A DNA stretch of 64,000 bases from Crocinitomicaceae bacterium (GCA_025210175.1 JAOASF010000161.1:6150-70149); one strand, 5' to 3'. Shown: positions 37,949 through 49,100, counted from the first letter of the stretch. A program made the numbers and translations. Notes: generated from the letters alone by a model not told the origin.

Positions 37949-37987
37949 AAAAAAAGCTCGAAATTTTAAAACCCCGAGCTTTTTTAT
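37949..37987 (-). terminator. intrinsic terminator after sdhB
   Basis: Stem AAGCTCG/CGAGCTT flanked by A and T runs, 15 bp past the sdhB stop. Confidence 0.55.
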
Positions 37988-38001
37988 TATGCAGTGTTTT
38001 G

Positions 38002-38745
38002 TTATTTCAACATCCCGCTCAGATACTCGCGGTTCATGCGTGCAATGTTTTCCAAAGAAATACCTTTCGGACACTCCACTTCACACGCTCCAGTATTGGT
38101 GCATGCTCCGAAGCCTTCTTCGTCCATTGTATTCACCATGTTCAATACACGATCTTTCGCTTCAACCTGTCCCTGTGGCAACAAAGCCAACTGTGAAACT
38201 TTTGCAGAAACAAACAACATTGCCGATGCATTTTTACAGGTAGCCACTCAAGCCCCACATCCGATACATGTCGCAGCTTCGAAAGCATTGTCTGCATCTT
38301 CTTTCGGAACTGGAATCGCGTTTGCGTCTACCGTATTACCAGACGTGTTCACAGAAACGAATCCTCCAGATGCCATGATGCGATCGAAAGAACTTCTGTC
38401 AACAACTAAATCTTTAATCACTGGGAATGCTTTTGCTCTCCATGGTTCGATGTAAATCGTATCACCATCTTTGAACTTACGCATGTGCAACTGACAAGTA
38501 GTAACTCCGCGATCAGGTCCGTGAGCTTCTCCATTGATGTACAATGAACACATACCACAAATTCCCTCACGACAATCGTGATCAAATGCGATTGGCTCAT
38601 CACCACTCTCAATTAATTGATCGTTCAACACGTCCAACATTTCCAAGAAAGACATGTCGCCGTCAATATTATCTACTGGATAGGTTACCATTTGACCTTT
38701 GTCATTTGGTCCCTTTTGACGCCATATTTTTAAAGTAAGTTTCAT
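38002..38745 (-). pseudogene. sdhB: succinate dehydrogenase/fumarate reductase iron-sulfur subunit interrupted by one in-frame TGA (38248-38250)
   Basis: The two ORF-track pieces (38248-38745 and 38002-38247) are in the same frame and contiguous. My translation across the junction reads [22 protein letters not shown], so the stop sits where the third Cys of the CxxCxxCxxxC 4Fe-4S motif is expected. The rest of the protein looks intact: CREGICGMC for the 2Fe-2S cluster and [12 protein letters not shown] for the distal cluster. Confidence 0.8.
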
Positions 38746-38778
38746 ATCTCTAATTCTTTTATCGTCGATACTCGACTA

Positions 38779-40782
38779 TTATTTATAACTACGTTGAACG
38801 AGTTTGATGTTCTCGTATACCAATTCTTCTTTGTGCAAAGTTGGGTTGCTTGGGTTTCCTGTGTATTCCCATGCAGCCACATACGTGAACTCGTCGTCCT
38901 TACGCATTGCTTCTCCATCTTCTGTTTGTGACTCCTCACGGAAGTGACCACCACAAGACTCTGAACGATTCAATGCATCGATAGCCATCAACTCACCCAA
39001 TTCCAAGAAGTCTGCTACACGCATTGCCTTCTCTAGTTCTGGGTTGAATTCATTCATTTGCCCTGGTACACGAACGTTTTTGTAGAACTCATCACGGATT
39101 TGTTGAATCTCTGTAATCGCCTCCTTCAAACCTTCAGCGTTACGTGCCATACCAACTTTATCCCACATTACTTTACCCAAACGTTTGTGATAGTGATCAA
39201 CAGATTTTGTACCCTTAATGTTCAAGAAGCTTTCCAATGTTTGACGCACCTCGTTTTCTGCTGCTTCGAATTCTGGAAGATCTGTAGAGATCGCTCCAGT
39301 ACGAATATCGTCAGCCAAGTAATCACCAATTGTGTATGGAAGAACGAAGTAACCGTCTGCCAAACCTTGCATCAAGGCAGATGCACCCAAACGGTTGGCA
39401 CCGTGATCAGAGAAGTTAGCCTCACCAGCCACATAACACCCTTCGATAGTCGACATCAAGTTGTAATCAACCCAAATTCCACCCATTGTGTAGTGAACCG
39501 CCGGGTAAATTTTCATCGGTGTTTCGTAAGGGTTGTCGTCAGTAATCTTGTAGTACATCTGGAAGAGGTTTCCGTACTTCGCCTCAACTACGTCGCGACC
39601 CAATTTATAGATGGTTTGTTCGTCTGCATTGTCCATGTTAAGGATGTTTGCCTTCTCACGTCCGTAACGCATGATAGCAGAAGCGAAGTCCAAGTAAACA
39701 GCTTCACCTGTAGCATTCACACCGAAACCAGCATCACATCTTTCTTTTGCTGCACGAGAAGCTACATCACGAGGAACCAAGTTACCGAATGAAGGGTAAC
39801 GTCTTTCCAAATAGTAATCGCGGTCTTCTTCTTTCAAATCTGTAGGCTTCAATTGCCCTTTGCGGATTTTTTCAGCGTCCTCGATGTTTTTCGGAACCCA
39901 AATACGTCCATCGTTACGAAGAGACTCCGACATCAATGTCAATTTAGACTGATGGTCTCCTGAAACAGGAATACAAGTAGGGTGAATTTGCGTGAAACAA
40001 GGGTTTGCAAAATGCGCACCTTTTTTGTGAATCTTCCAAGCGGCCGTACCGTTCGATCCCATCGCGTTTGTTGAAAGGAAGAACACGTTACCGTAACCAC
40101 CAGATGCAATAACAACTGCATGAGCAGAATGTCTTTCTAATTCACCTGTTACCAAGTTTCTTGCGATAATTCCGCGTGCTTTACCGTCAACGATTACCAA
40201 TTCAAGCATTTCGTGACGGGTGTACATTTTGATCTTTCCTTTACCAATCTGGCGAGACATTGCTGAGTATGCACCCAACAACAACTGTTGTCCAGTTTGA
40301 CCTTTCGCATAGAACGTACGAGATACCTGTACACCACCGAAAGAACGGTTGTCTAGCAATCCTCCGTAATCACGTGCAAAAGGAACACCTTGTGCAACAC
40401 ATTGATCAATGATGTTAGCCGATACTTCCGCTAAACGATATACGTTTGCCTCGCGAGAACGGTAGTCACCTCCCTTGATCGTATCATAGAACAAACGGAA
40501 AGTAGAGTCACCATCACCTTGGTAGTTTTTTGCTGCGTTGATACCTCCTTGTGCTGCAATTGAGTGCGCGCGACGTGGAGAATCTTGGAAACAAAATGCT
40601 TTTACGTTGTAACCCAACTCAGCCAAAGAAGCCGATGCTGATCCTCCAGCCAAACCAGTTCCAACAACGATTACGTCGATCGAACGCTTGTTTGCAGGGT
40701 TAACCAAACGAATTTTATTCTTGTAGTCAGACCATTTTCTATCTAATGGACCTGCTGGTATTTTTGAATCTAAAACTGACAT
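38779..40782 (-). CDS. sdhA: succinate dehydrogenase/fumarate reductase flavoprotein subunit
   Basis: 667 aa. [16 protein letters not shown] motif, the [11 protein letters not shown] covalent-FAD histidine context, and HPT/HYTMGG motifs. Confidence 0.95.
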   Translation of the reverse strand: MSVLDSKIPAGPLDRKWSDYKNKIRLVNPANKRSIDVIVVGTGLAGGSASASLAELGYNVKAFCFQDSPRRAHSIAAQGGINAAKNYQGDGDSTFRLFYDTIKGGDYRSREANVYRLAEVSANIIDQCVAQGVPFARDYGGLLDNRSFGGVQVSRTFYAKGQTGQQLLLGAYSAMSRQIGKGKIKMYTRHEMLELVIVDGKARGIIARNLVTGELERHSAHAVVIASGGYGNVFFLSTNAMGSNGTAAWKIHKKGAHFANPCFTQIHPTCIPVSGDHQSKLTLMSESLRNDGRIWVPKNIEDAEKIRKGQLKPTDLKEEDRDYYLERRYPSFGNLVPRDVASRAAKERCDAGFGVNATGEAVYLDFASAIMRYGREKANILNMDNADEQTIYKLGRDVVEAKYGNLFQMYYKITDDNPYETPMKIYPAVHYTMGGIWVDYNLMSTIEGCYVAGEANFSDHGANRLGASALMQGLADGYFVLPYTIGDYLADDIRTGAISTDLPEFEAAENEVRQTLESFLNIKGTKSVDHYHKRLGKVMWDKVGMARNAEGLKEAITEIQQIRDEFYKNVRVPGQMNEFNPELEKAMRVADFLELGELMAIDALNRSESCGGHFREESQTEDGEAMRKDDEFTYVAAWEYTGNPSNPTLHKEELVYENIKLVQRSYK

Positions 40783-40800
40783 GTGTATCGTTTTTAAATT

Positions 40801-41658
40801 TTAGGATAGGAAAATGTAAAGAGGAATAATCGCGAACAACAATGGTACGATTACCGCAAAAGCTTTACCCGCTCCGTCAATAATGTTTTTGTAAGACCCA
40901 ACTCGTATTCCCAAAGACTGGAATGCAGACGAGAAGCCGTGCCACAAGTGGAAGGCCAAAACAGCCATGGATAATACGTAAAGCGCAACAGCTAAACCTG
41001 CCAGATCGTTTGTGGTGTGTCCTGGTTTGCTTTTTCCAAAGAAAGCCATCACCAAACCGTGCAGGTCTTTGTAACCTTCGCCCATTTTTAAGTCGAGGTC
41101 TTTTACGTACAATTCCGTTTCGTTTTTAACTTCAAACTGCTGAACAGGTGAATAGTCACCTTTGGTCGTTAAATACAACTCAATTTCCTGACCTTCGCCA
41201 CCCATTTGTCCTGGGATCTCAATTGTTTTTGTGTGAAGTGGGATGCTTTCGAAGTGCATTTTCGCCCAGAAGTTCACCATGTGTGTTGAAATGAAAACCA
41301 AAACGATGGTTCCCAAAACAGCCATCATACGTGCTGGAGTTGAAGTGTTTGCACCTTGATTGTTGTAAGCGTATCCCTGAGGGCGTGCCTTCTTATTTTT
41401 AATCGCTAAAAACAAACCATCAATTGCGTGGAACAAGATGGAGAAATAGGTTAAATAAGATAAGACCTTAACAGCAGGGTTGTGGGTCATGAAATAAGCG
41501 TACTCGTTGAACGCTCTCTTACCTTCTTCACCTGAGATGAAGATTAACTGCAAATTCCCCAAAAGGTGTCCAACTAAGAACAAACAGAGGAATAGACCAG
41601 TAAACGCCATCCAATATTTTTTGGCAATGGAGGATGACAAAATTGCGGATTTACTCAT
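40801..41658 (-). CDS. sdhC: succinate dehydrogenase/fumarate reductase cytochrome b subunit (b558 family)
   Basis: 285 aa. Five TM helices with conserved His residues, located immediately upstream of sdhA and sdhB. Confidence 0.85.
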   Translation of the reverse strand: MSKSAILSSSIAKKYWMAFTGLFLCLFLVGHLLGNLQLIFISGEEGKRAFNEYAYFMTHNPAVKVLSYLTYFSILFHAIDGLFLAIKNKKARPQGYAYNNQGANTSTPARMMAVLGTIVLVFISTHMVNFWAKMHFESIPLHTKTIEIPGQMGGEGQEIELYLTTKGDYSPVQQFEVKNETELYVKDLDLKMGEGYKDLHGLVMAFFGKSKPGHTTNDLAGLAVALYVLSMAVLAFHLWHGFSSAFQSLGIRVGSYKNIIDGAGKAFAVIVPLLFAIIPLYIFLS

Positions 41659-41749
41659 AGGATTCTATTGAATTTCTAAAATGTCGCGACAAATTTAATA
41701 GATACAACAATCCATTCCGGTTTTAGTTGTTATTTAGAATCGTTATAAT

Positions 41750-42652
41750 TTAACCTAGAAGATGGTTGAAAATCAAGCTTGAACCTTTTTTGTCTACTTC
41801 CAATTTTGCTTGTACTCCCATCATTATCGCTTGATTGTTGTCTTGGTGCCCAGCTGGAAAGAGATAGCCAACAGGTACTTTTAACCCCTTGAAATGGTCA
41901 TGGAGTAAAAGGTCTATCCCTTTGCCAAAGCCTAGTTCCGTGTCTTTTAGGTCGGTAAAACTTCCAATAGCAACCCCAGCGATTTTATTCAAAACACCAG
42001 AAAACTTTAAGGCGTAAAGCATTCGGTCAATGTGATAGAGTTGTTCTCCCAAATCTTCGAGAAAAAGAATCTTGTTTTCCCAGATATCTATCGAATATTT
42101 CGATAGAAGTGAATAAACGATGGATAGGTTTCCTCCAATGATTGAAGCCTCAGCCTTTCCTTCTTGGTTGAACTCATGACCTGGTGCAGAAACGATATAC
42201 TGCTTACCTCGGAGTGCCTGTGTTGTAGATTGAATAGCTTCATGGCTGTTATCCGCATAATTTAACGGCATGGTAGCATGAAGGCCAGGAAGGTTCATAG
42301 ATGCCAATTCAAGATGAAAATTGGTAATGTCTGAGAAACCTACGATCCACTTGGGCTTCGCTTTGAACAAAGACCAATCCAATAAGTCTAGCAACTGAAC
42401 AACACCGTAACCACCACGTGAACAAATGATTGCCTTGGCCGAAGGGTGGTTTATGGCAAATTGAAAATCGGACAATCGGTCTTGAATGGTGCCTGAGAAA
42501 TAATGGTGTTTGCCGGCTACATGTGGTGTGAATTCTACTTGAAAGCCTTCTTTTTCAAGAAGATTCTTTGCATGATCGAGCAAAGGTTTTTCGATTTGTT
42601 TTGCTGGCGAGCAAATAAGGATGAGGTCTCCTTGAGATAAGAACGGAATCAT
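41750..42652 (-). CDS. ldcA: LD-carboxypeptidase (peptidase S66)
   Basis: GDLILICSPA..., IICSRGGYG and FSDIT motifs of muramoyltetrapeptide carboxypeptidase. I placed the start at MIPFLSQGD because the longer ORF-track start (42730) runs into the IS element. Confidence 0.8.
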   Translation of the reverse strand: MIPFLSQGDLILICSPAKQIEKPLLDHAKNLLEKEGFQVEFTPHVAGKHHYFSGTIQDRLSDFQFAINHPSAKAIICSRGGYGVVQLLDLLDWSLFKAKPKWIVGFSDITNFHLELASMNLPGLHATMPLNYADNSHEAIQSTTQALRGKQYIVSAPGHEFNQEGKAEASIIGGNLSIVYSLLSKYSIDIWENKILFLEDLGEQLYHIDRMLYALKFSGVLNKIAGVAIGSFTDLKDTELGFGKGIDLLLHDHFKGLKVPVGYLFPAGHQDNNQAIMMGVQAKLEVDKKGSSLIFNHLLG

Positions 42653-42687
42653 GTGCAAATGTAAACTTTGGATAGAATCCTTAAAAA

Positions 42688-43591
42688 TTTTATGAGTGGT
42701 CGTATCTATACCACAAGCAGTGTTTAGCAATGGTATTTAAGTATGTGTCAAACATAGATTTTAAATTGTTTTTATGGTTGATTCGGAAACAAAACTCATC
42801 CAAGTAGTTTTGTAAGTATACGAGGGAAACGCGATGGTGTATACCAAGAATTAACCTGTTGAAGTTTGATCTGTGGATGCGCGCCCATTTACTTTTGGAT
42901 TGAGAATTAACCTTTTTAACATTGCTCTTGAAATCGTAACTATAGCTTGAGTTTAGTGAAAGCCCATTTTTGCTTACACCAGAAACAAATTCTGGCTTCG
43001 GGCTAAATAAACCTTTGATTTTTAATGGATAATGAGTTGATTCGTTGAAAATGAGCCTCATTTCTACCTGGTTAAAAGTCATATCAGTGGAGCCGGGGGA
43101 GGCAACATGATTTTGAATCATGAAATGTTGAACCATCATCCTCATTTCCTTTTCTTCCTTGCCTAAAGACATACGAATTTTTTGCGTCAGCTCCCAAATC
43201 GTACGGTATCGGCTGTGTCCCATTTGTCTTTGGATTTCTTTTGTAGAAAGACCTTTTTTAGAACACGACATAAGCGCAAGACATAAATACCATTTGCGCA
43301 AGGGCAAGTGTGCATGCTGCATGCAAGTTCCAGACCTCAAAGTGGTTCGGAAACGACATTTACAACACTGCCATTGACTTTTTGATTTTATCCAATAGTG
43401 ATTTTTGGATCCACATTTTTTACAGGTGATTCCTTTTGTTTCCCGAAGCGACCTGTAGTGTTCACGACATGCGTTTTCGTCGGGAAACACAGCGATGAAT
43501 TCATGAATTTTCATAATAGTAGTTTGAATTAATTTACAAAACATATTGTATCAAACCAAGCCTTGTTGTATGTAACCGACCACTCATAAAA
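42688..43591 (-). mobile_element. compact IS1595-family-like insertion sequence (~0.9 kb) bounded by inverted repeats
   Basis: TTTTATGAGTGGTCG at 42688-42702 is the exact reverse complement of CGACCACTCATAAAA at 43577-43591. The next ~15 bp inward match imperfectly (ATAC.ACAAG). A single transposase ORF fills the element. Confidence 0.7.
42690..43514 (-). CDS. IS1595-family-like transposase with an N-terminal zinc ribbon
   Basis: F.D.NACREHY...TCKKCGS....W.....WQCCKCRFRTTLRSGT is the transposase Zn-ribbon. The C-terminal IHHRVSLVYLQNYLDEFCFRINH matches the conserved IS1595/ISXO2-like tail. I preferred the start at MKIHEF. Confidence 0.7.
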   Translation of the reverse strand: MKIHEFIAVFPDENACREHYRSLRETKGITCKKCGSKNHYWIKSKSQWQCCKCRFRTTLRSGTCMQHAHLPLRKWYLCLALMSCSKKGLSTKEIQRQMGHSRYRTIWELTQKIRMSLGKEEKEMRMMVQHFMIQNHVASPGSTDMTFNQVEMRLIFNESTHYPLKIKGLFSPKPEFVSGVSKNGLSLNSSYSYDFKSNVKKVNSQSKSKWARIHRSNFNRLILGIHHRVSLVYLQNYLDEFCFRINHKNNLKSMFDTYLNTIAKHCLWYRYDHS

Positions 43592-43641
43592 ATGATATGT
43601 GGAGTCCAACGATAAAGCTACCTTTGTCAAAACTTTCACCA

Positions 43642-44091
43642 ATGATCAGCCCATATTCAGACGAATATTTCATGAAACAAGCCATTTTGGAAGCACAAAA
43701 AGCTTATGATAAGAACGAGGTGCCTGTAGGAGCTGTTGTTGTAGCGAACCAACAAGTAATTGCAAGATCGCACAATTCAACCGAGCTATTGAACGACGTT
43801 ACTGCCCATGCCGAAATTCAGGCCATTACAGCAGCCTCTGAGTTTTTGGGTGCGAAATACTTGAAAGGATGTACCCTTTATGTTACTCTGGAACCCTGCG
43901 TTATGTGTGCAGGAGCATTGTATTGGTCGCAGATTGACAAAATTGTTTTTGGAGCACGAGATGAGAAACGCGGCGCTTCTCGATACGAATCCCTGTATCA
44001 CCCCAAGACAATTGTTACTAATGGCCCGCTAGCTGAGGAGTGTGGTCAGTTGGGCAAGGCGTTTTTTAAAGAAAGAAGAAGAGTCAACTAA
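43642..44091 (+). CDS. tadA: tRNA adenosine(34) deaminase
   Basis: CDA zinc motifs HAEIQAI and TLEPCVMCAGAL. I preferred the start at MISPYSDEYFMKQA; the ORF-track start is 43597. Confidence 0.9.
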   Translation: MISPYSDEYFMKQAILEAQKAYDKNEVPVGAVVVANQQVIARSHNSTELLNDVTAHAEIQAITAASEFLGAKYLKGCTLYVTLEPCVMCAGALYWSQIDKIVFGARDEKRGASRYESLYHPKTIVTNGPLAEECGQLGKAFFKERRRVN

Positions 44092-45446
44092 TGGAAAAAG
44101 AAACGATTTGTGCTATAGCAACTGGGCATCCGAGTGGAGCGATTTCAATAATTCGAGTTTCGGGACCCAAGTCCATCGAAATTGCCAACCAGTTTTTTTC
44201 AAGAAAAATTGAAAATAGCGACACGCACAAAGCCCTTTTCGGATTATGGAAAAAAGATAACTTATTGATCGATGAGGTACTTTTAACCCCCTTCAAGCAT
44301 GGGAGTTCTTTTACCGGGGAGGAAAGTATAGAGGTAGCTTGTCATGCGTCAGCTTATATCGTGCAAGAAATTTTGAACTGTTTGAATCAAGCTGGCGCTC
44401 GTATGGCGGAACCGGGTGAATTTACTCTTCGCGCTTATATGAACGGCAGAATGGATCTTTCTCAGGCCGAAGCCGTGGCGGATGTAATTGCCTCTCAAAA
44501 TGCGGCAGCTCACAAAGTGGCCATGAATCAATTGAGAGGAGGGCTTTCGAACGAATTGAAAGACTTGCGAGAAAAGCTGATACATTTTGCTTCAATGGTT
44601 GAGTTAGAACTGGATTTTGGAGAAGAAGATGTTGAGTTTGCAGATCGTACAGAATTATTGAACTTGGTAACAAACGTAAAGGCTTACGTTCAAAGGCTAA
44701 TTGACTCCTTCAAGTTTGGGAATGCGATCAAGAATGGTGTGCCAATTGCGTTAGTAGGTAGGCCCAACGCAGGAAAATCTACTGTTCTTAACGCCTTACT
44801 TCAAGAGGAAAGAGCCATTGTGTCTGATATTCCGGGAACAACGCGAGATACAGTGGAAGAGGTTTTCAATCACAAAGGGGTATCTTTTCGATTTATGGAT
44901 ACTGCAGGTGTTCGACAGTCGTCTGATTTTGTGGAACAAGAAGGGATAAAAAGGTCTTTGGAAAAGATTGCCCGAGCGGAGTTGGTTGTCTATTTGTTTG
45001 ATGCAAGTGAACTTTCTCCAGCGGAGGTTCAAGAAGATCAATCGGCTTATTTGCTGAACCGAAACTATTTACTGATTGGAACCAAGAAGGATAAGCTTTC
45101 AGATGAACAACAAAAAGCGTGGTCAAGCAATGAGAACATACACCTTATTTATGTGAAAGATGATTCGGACCGGGCCCAATTGTTGAATTTAATTTATGCG
45201 AAAAGTGTAGGAACAGGTTTCGACGAACAAACAACGATTATTTCAAATGCCAGACACGTCGAAAAGTTGGAAAAAGCTCTGATTTCCTTGGTAAATGCTG
45301 AAACGGCTTTAAAAAATCAAATCAGCGGTGATTTTGTGGCCATGGATATTCGCCAAGCCATGTATCAAATAGGCCAGATTACGGGTGACATTTCTACAGA
45401 TGATCTGTTAGGCAATATTTTTGCCAAGTTTTGTATCGGAAAGTAA
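44091..45446 (+). CDS. mnmE: tRNA modification GTPase MnmE
   Basis: 451 aa. ETICAIATG N-terminus, G-domain motifs GRPNAGKST and DTAG, and the C-terminal CIGK. Confidence 0.95.
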   Translation: MEKETICAIATGHPSGAISIIRVSGPKSIEIANQFFSRKIENSDTHKALFGLWKKDNLLIDEVLLTPFKHGSSFTGEESIEVACHASAYIVQEILNCLNQAGARMAEPGEFTLRAYMNGRMDLSQAEAVADVIASQNAAAHKVAMNQLRGGLSNELKDLREKLIHFASMVELELDFGEEDVEFADRTELLNLVTNVKAYVQRLIDSFKFGNAIKNGVPIALVGRPNAGKSTVLNALLQEERAIVSDIPGTTRDTVEEVFNHKGVSFRFMDTAGVRQSSDFVEQEGIKRSLEKIARAELVVYLFDASELSPAEVQEDQSAYLLNRNYLLIGTKKDKLSDEQQKAWSSNENIHLIYVKDDSDRAQLLNLIYAKSVGTGFDEQTTIISNARHVEKLEKALISLVNAETALKNQISGDFVAMDIRQAMYQIGQITGDISTDDLLGNIFAKFCIGK

Positions 45447-45452
45447 GTTCGG

Positions 45453-45668
45453 CTAATCCACAAAAACACGTTTATTTTCTTGCCAACCACCCATATCTTT
45501 TATTTTTTGGGACATTATTTTCATTTCCTTTTCAAAGAAGAAGGAAGGTTTACTGTCAAAAAGCTGCGGCAACTTTTCGGTGTTCATTACTCCTTCGGTA
45601 GTTATTTGCTCAGATCCGAATCGTAAAATATGCTTATTCAACTGCAAATCAGGTAGAGGGAGAGTCAA
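45453..45668 (-). CDS. small hypothetical protein (may be non-coding)
   Basis: Only the ORF itself supports this call. No recognisable motif is present, and the true start could be the internal MNTEKL. Confidence 0.25.
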   Translation of the reverse strand: MTLPLPDLQLNKHILRFGSEQITTEGVMNTEKLPQLFDSKPSFFFEKEMKIMSQKIKDMGGWQENKRVFVD

Positions 45669-46112
45669 ATCGGGTTATAAATACTGGGTTTTTGGATCAA
45701 CGTTCTTTCTCGGTTCTTTCCACCTCTATTGGTGAAGAAGTTGACGATTATCCAATAACAATTGACTCGGTTTATATTGCTTAATTTTTGCTGGATGCTA
45801 TGCGAACATAAAAATGTTAAAAGTGTCTTCCCAGTTTTTTTCTTGCAAATAATGTTTTAACTTCTATTTTATTCCAAATCAATGATTTGTGAAAAAAGCA
45901 GATTTGTTAACATTAAAACAGATTTAATAAAATGTGACAAATTCGGCGTGCAGAGTAAAAAAATCTGTAAATATGTCGTCTTTATCGTATTATTGTCTGT
46001 TACAAGAAAGAATTTGAGCTTGACCCCCTAATTTCGATTGGCATTACTCACTTTCTTTTGCGGCTAAATGTAAAGCACTCTCCAGTCTTGCTTTAAACCA
46101 AATTTATACTGT

Positions 46113-49100
46113 ATGAAGAAAGTTATACTCCTTTCAGTCATACTAATCAACTACTCACTATTGTTCGCCCAAACGCCTGCTGCAGATTTTTCTGCAGACC
46201 AAACAACTATTTGTGCGGGTGGAACAGTAAATTTCACTGACCTATCTACAAATGCCATTACCTGGGCCTGGTCGTTTTCTTCGGCGGGAACCCCTAGTAC
46301 ATCGTCGGCTCAAAACCCCTCCGTTACCTATAATACGCCTGGAACATATCAGGTGGTGTTGGTTGTAACGAGTGCAACCTTTGAGAGTGATGTGGAGGTG
46401 AAGAACGCCTATATTACAGTGCTGGCAAATGCTTCGATCACACTGACGTCGGCAGTAGGTACGGATGCACAAACCATTTGTGCCAATTCACCACTTACGG
46501 ATATTGAGTTTGAAATTCAAGCTGCTTCTGGTGTAAGTGTTACGGGTTCTTATCCCACAGGTGTATCGGGAACTTTTGTACCTTCAGCTACTGGGGGAAC
46601 GTATACCGTTTCTGGAACACCCACCGCAGCTGGCTCATACCCAATAACCATACAAACCACAGGAGGAGGCTGTGCCCCTCAGGTTTATAATTTTACGATT
46701 GAAGTTACTAACCCTCACTCCTTGGCTCTTACCTCAGCGGCAGGAACAGATAATCAGATGGTTTGTAATGGCTCTGCGATGACTCCAATTCAGTATACCT
46801 ATGGCGGGGGAGCTACCTCTGTTTTGGTTACCGGTTTACCTACCGGAGTGAGCTTTGTAGATGCAGCAGGAGTTGTGACCATTTCAGGAACACCTACCTC
46901 TCAAGGTATTCACAACTATACAGTTACCACCGTTGGAGGTGCTTGTCCACCCATTCAGTTAAATGGTGTTATAGAAGTAAACCCAACCATCGTTCTTTCC
47001 TCGGCAGCAGGAACAGATTTGCAAACAGTGTGTGAAGGAGATCCTATTGCAGCTATTGTTTATACAGTAGGTGGAGGAGCAACTGGAGCAAATGCAACTA
47101 ACCTTCCAGCTGGTGTGACACAATCATTTTTAGGAACAGATTTAACCCTTTCGGGTACGCCTACCACGGCTGGAGTGTACAATATTACGGTTAGCACAAC
47201 CGGAGGACCCTGTCCTGCTTTATCCTTACCAGCAACCATTACTGTGGAGGCCGATCATACCATTTTGCTATCCTCAGCAGCAGGTACTGACAATCAAGTA
47301 GTTTGTGAAACCAACGCATTGACAGATATTACATTTGCTATTGGAGGTGGAGCTACAGGAGCTGGTGCCACAGGTTTGCCTGCTGGTGTATCAGGAAACT
47401 TTGCCGCTGGAACCTTTACAATAACAGGCTCCCCAACCACAGCGGGCACTTACAATTTTACAGTTACAACAACAGGAAATGGTTGTGATGTAGCTACTTA
47501 TAACGGTACGATTACAGTAACCACTGCGCCAGATGCAACCTTAACCTCGGCAGCAGGCACTGATAACCAAACCATTTGTATTGGAACCCCAATTACTTCA
47601 ATAGAATATACACTTGTGAGTCCAGCTACTGGTGCATCAGTAACAGGCTTGCCTGCTGGTGTGTCAGGAAACTTAGTTGGAGGTGTGTTCACAATATCTG
47701 GAACTCCAACAGCTGCTGGACTTTATCCTTATGTGCTAACAGTAAGTGGTGGAGCTTGTCCTGATCAAGACATTAACGGAGTGATTTCTGTAGATGACCT
47801 CAACACGCTTACGCTTATTTCAGCAGCCGGCACCGACAATCAAACCATTTGCGAATTAGATCCAATAGTAGATGTTGTTTGGACCATAGGCGGAGGAGCA
47901 AGTGGGGTGACTATTGACGCTCCAGTTCCAGGAGGGTTATCTGGTAACTTTGCCGCTGGTAACCTTACCGTTTCTGGAACTCCTACAGGAAGCGGAGTGA
48001 TTAACTACAGCGTTTCAACCACAGGTGGAGCTTGTCCAGACGCTACTGCGAATGCCAGTATCATCGTTAGTCCTCAAGCAACTTTGACTTTAACTTCCGC
48101 TGCTGGTACAGACAACCAAACACTTTGTATTGATTCGGCTCTTACAGCAATCACTTATACGATGGGTGGAAGTGCTGATACAATTACTGTAACGGGACTT
48201 CCAACGGGTGTGACAAGTAATTATGCAGCTGGCACCTTGACCATTTCCGGAAGTACCAGTTTAGTGGGGGTTCACAACTTTACGGTAACAGCCGTGTCGA
48301 GCATCTGTCCTAACGTAGTTCTTAACGGCACCATAAACATTTCTGGACCAGGAACGGTTACAGTAGATACTCCTGCGTCCGATACACAAACGGTTTGTAT
48401 CAATTCAGCAATAGTAGATATTCAATATTCATTTGGAGGAAATGCAACAGGTTTAGTTGTTACCGGCTTGCCAAGCGGAGTAACGAGCAATGTAGTAGGA
48501 AGTCAAATGACTATTTCCGGAACACCTTCACAGGGTGGAACATTCAATTTTATTGTAACAACCCTTGGAAGCAATTGTGCTCCAGATACAGCTTATGGTC
48601 AACTTGTGGTACAATTGAACCCAGTTATTAATTTATCGTCTTCCATTCTTACAGCTGCGCAAGTGGTTTGTGAAGGGGAGTCCATTGACAATATTGTTTT
48701 TGCCTTATCTGGTGGTGCTACTACAGCAAATGTTGTGAGTATACCGGCCGGATTGGTGGCCAATCAAGTTGGGTTAACTGTAACCATTTCGGGAACGCCC
48801 ACCACAGCGGGCACCTATCCATATATGATTACAGCCCCGGGAGGAACATGTCCTGATGCCAATTTCTTGTTAAACCTCGTTGTTGATGAAAATCAAATTT
48901 TGACCTTAACATCGGCGCCAGCAACGGATACGCAAACTGTTTGTATCAATAACGCGATTAATGATATCGTTTATCAAACTTCCGGAGGAGCAACTTCAGC
49001 AGTGGCAAACGGATTGCCAGCAGGAGTATCAGGTGTATTTGCGGCTGGTGAATTGACGATTTCTGGTACACCAACGGCGGCTGGAATTTTTAATTATACT

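Noticed and set aside
38248-38250. Selenocysteine codon in sdhB
   Set aside because: UGA at a Cys position is suggestive, so I considered it. I saw no SECIS-like stem-loop in the following ~60 nt, no sel genes are in the window, and Sec as an Fe-S ligand would be unprecedented to my knowledge. It is kept only as the least likely alternative in the sdhB finding.
39058-39792. 244-aa plus-strand ORF
   Set aside because: It lies antisense inside the highly conserved sdhA flavoprotein gene and has no recognisable motifs. This is a shadow ORF.
40801-41658. The SdhC cytochrome b subunit seems long (285 aa), with a hydrophilic insert (IEIPGQMGGEGQEIELYLTTKGDYSPVQQFEVKNETELYVKDLD...)
   Set aside because: I cannot verify typical lengths for this family from memory, so it is not reported as a finding.
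42653-42730. N-terminal extension of the ldcA ORF (ORF-track start at 42730)
   Set aside because: The extension runs into the IS element and its terminal inverted repeat. The internal start MIPFLSQGD fits LD-carboxypeptidase N-termini.
45899-45968. ACAGATTT occurs twice directly (45899-45905 partial, 45918-45925) and once inverted (45961-45968) in the 444-bp region upstream of the adhesin gene
   Set aside because: The motif is short and AT-rich in an AT-rich spacer, so chance occurrence is plausible. There is no dyad spacing or promoter overlap that I could defend.
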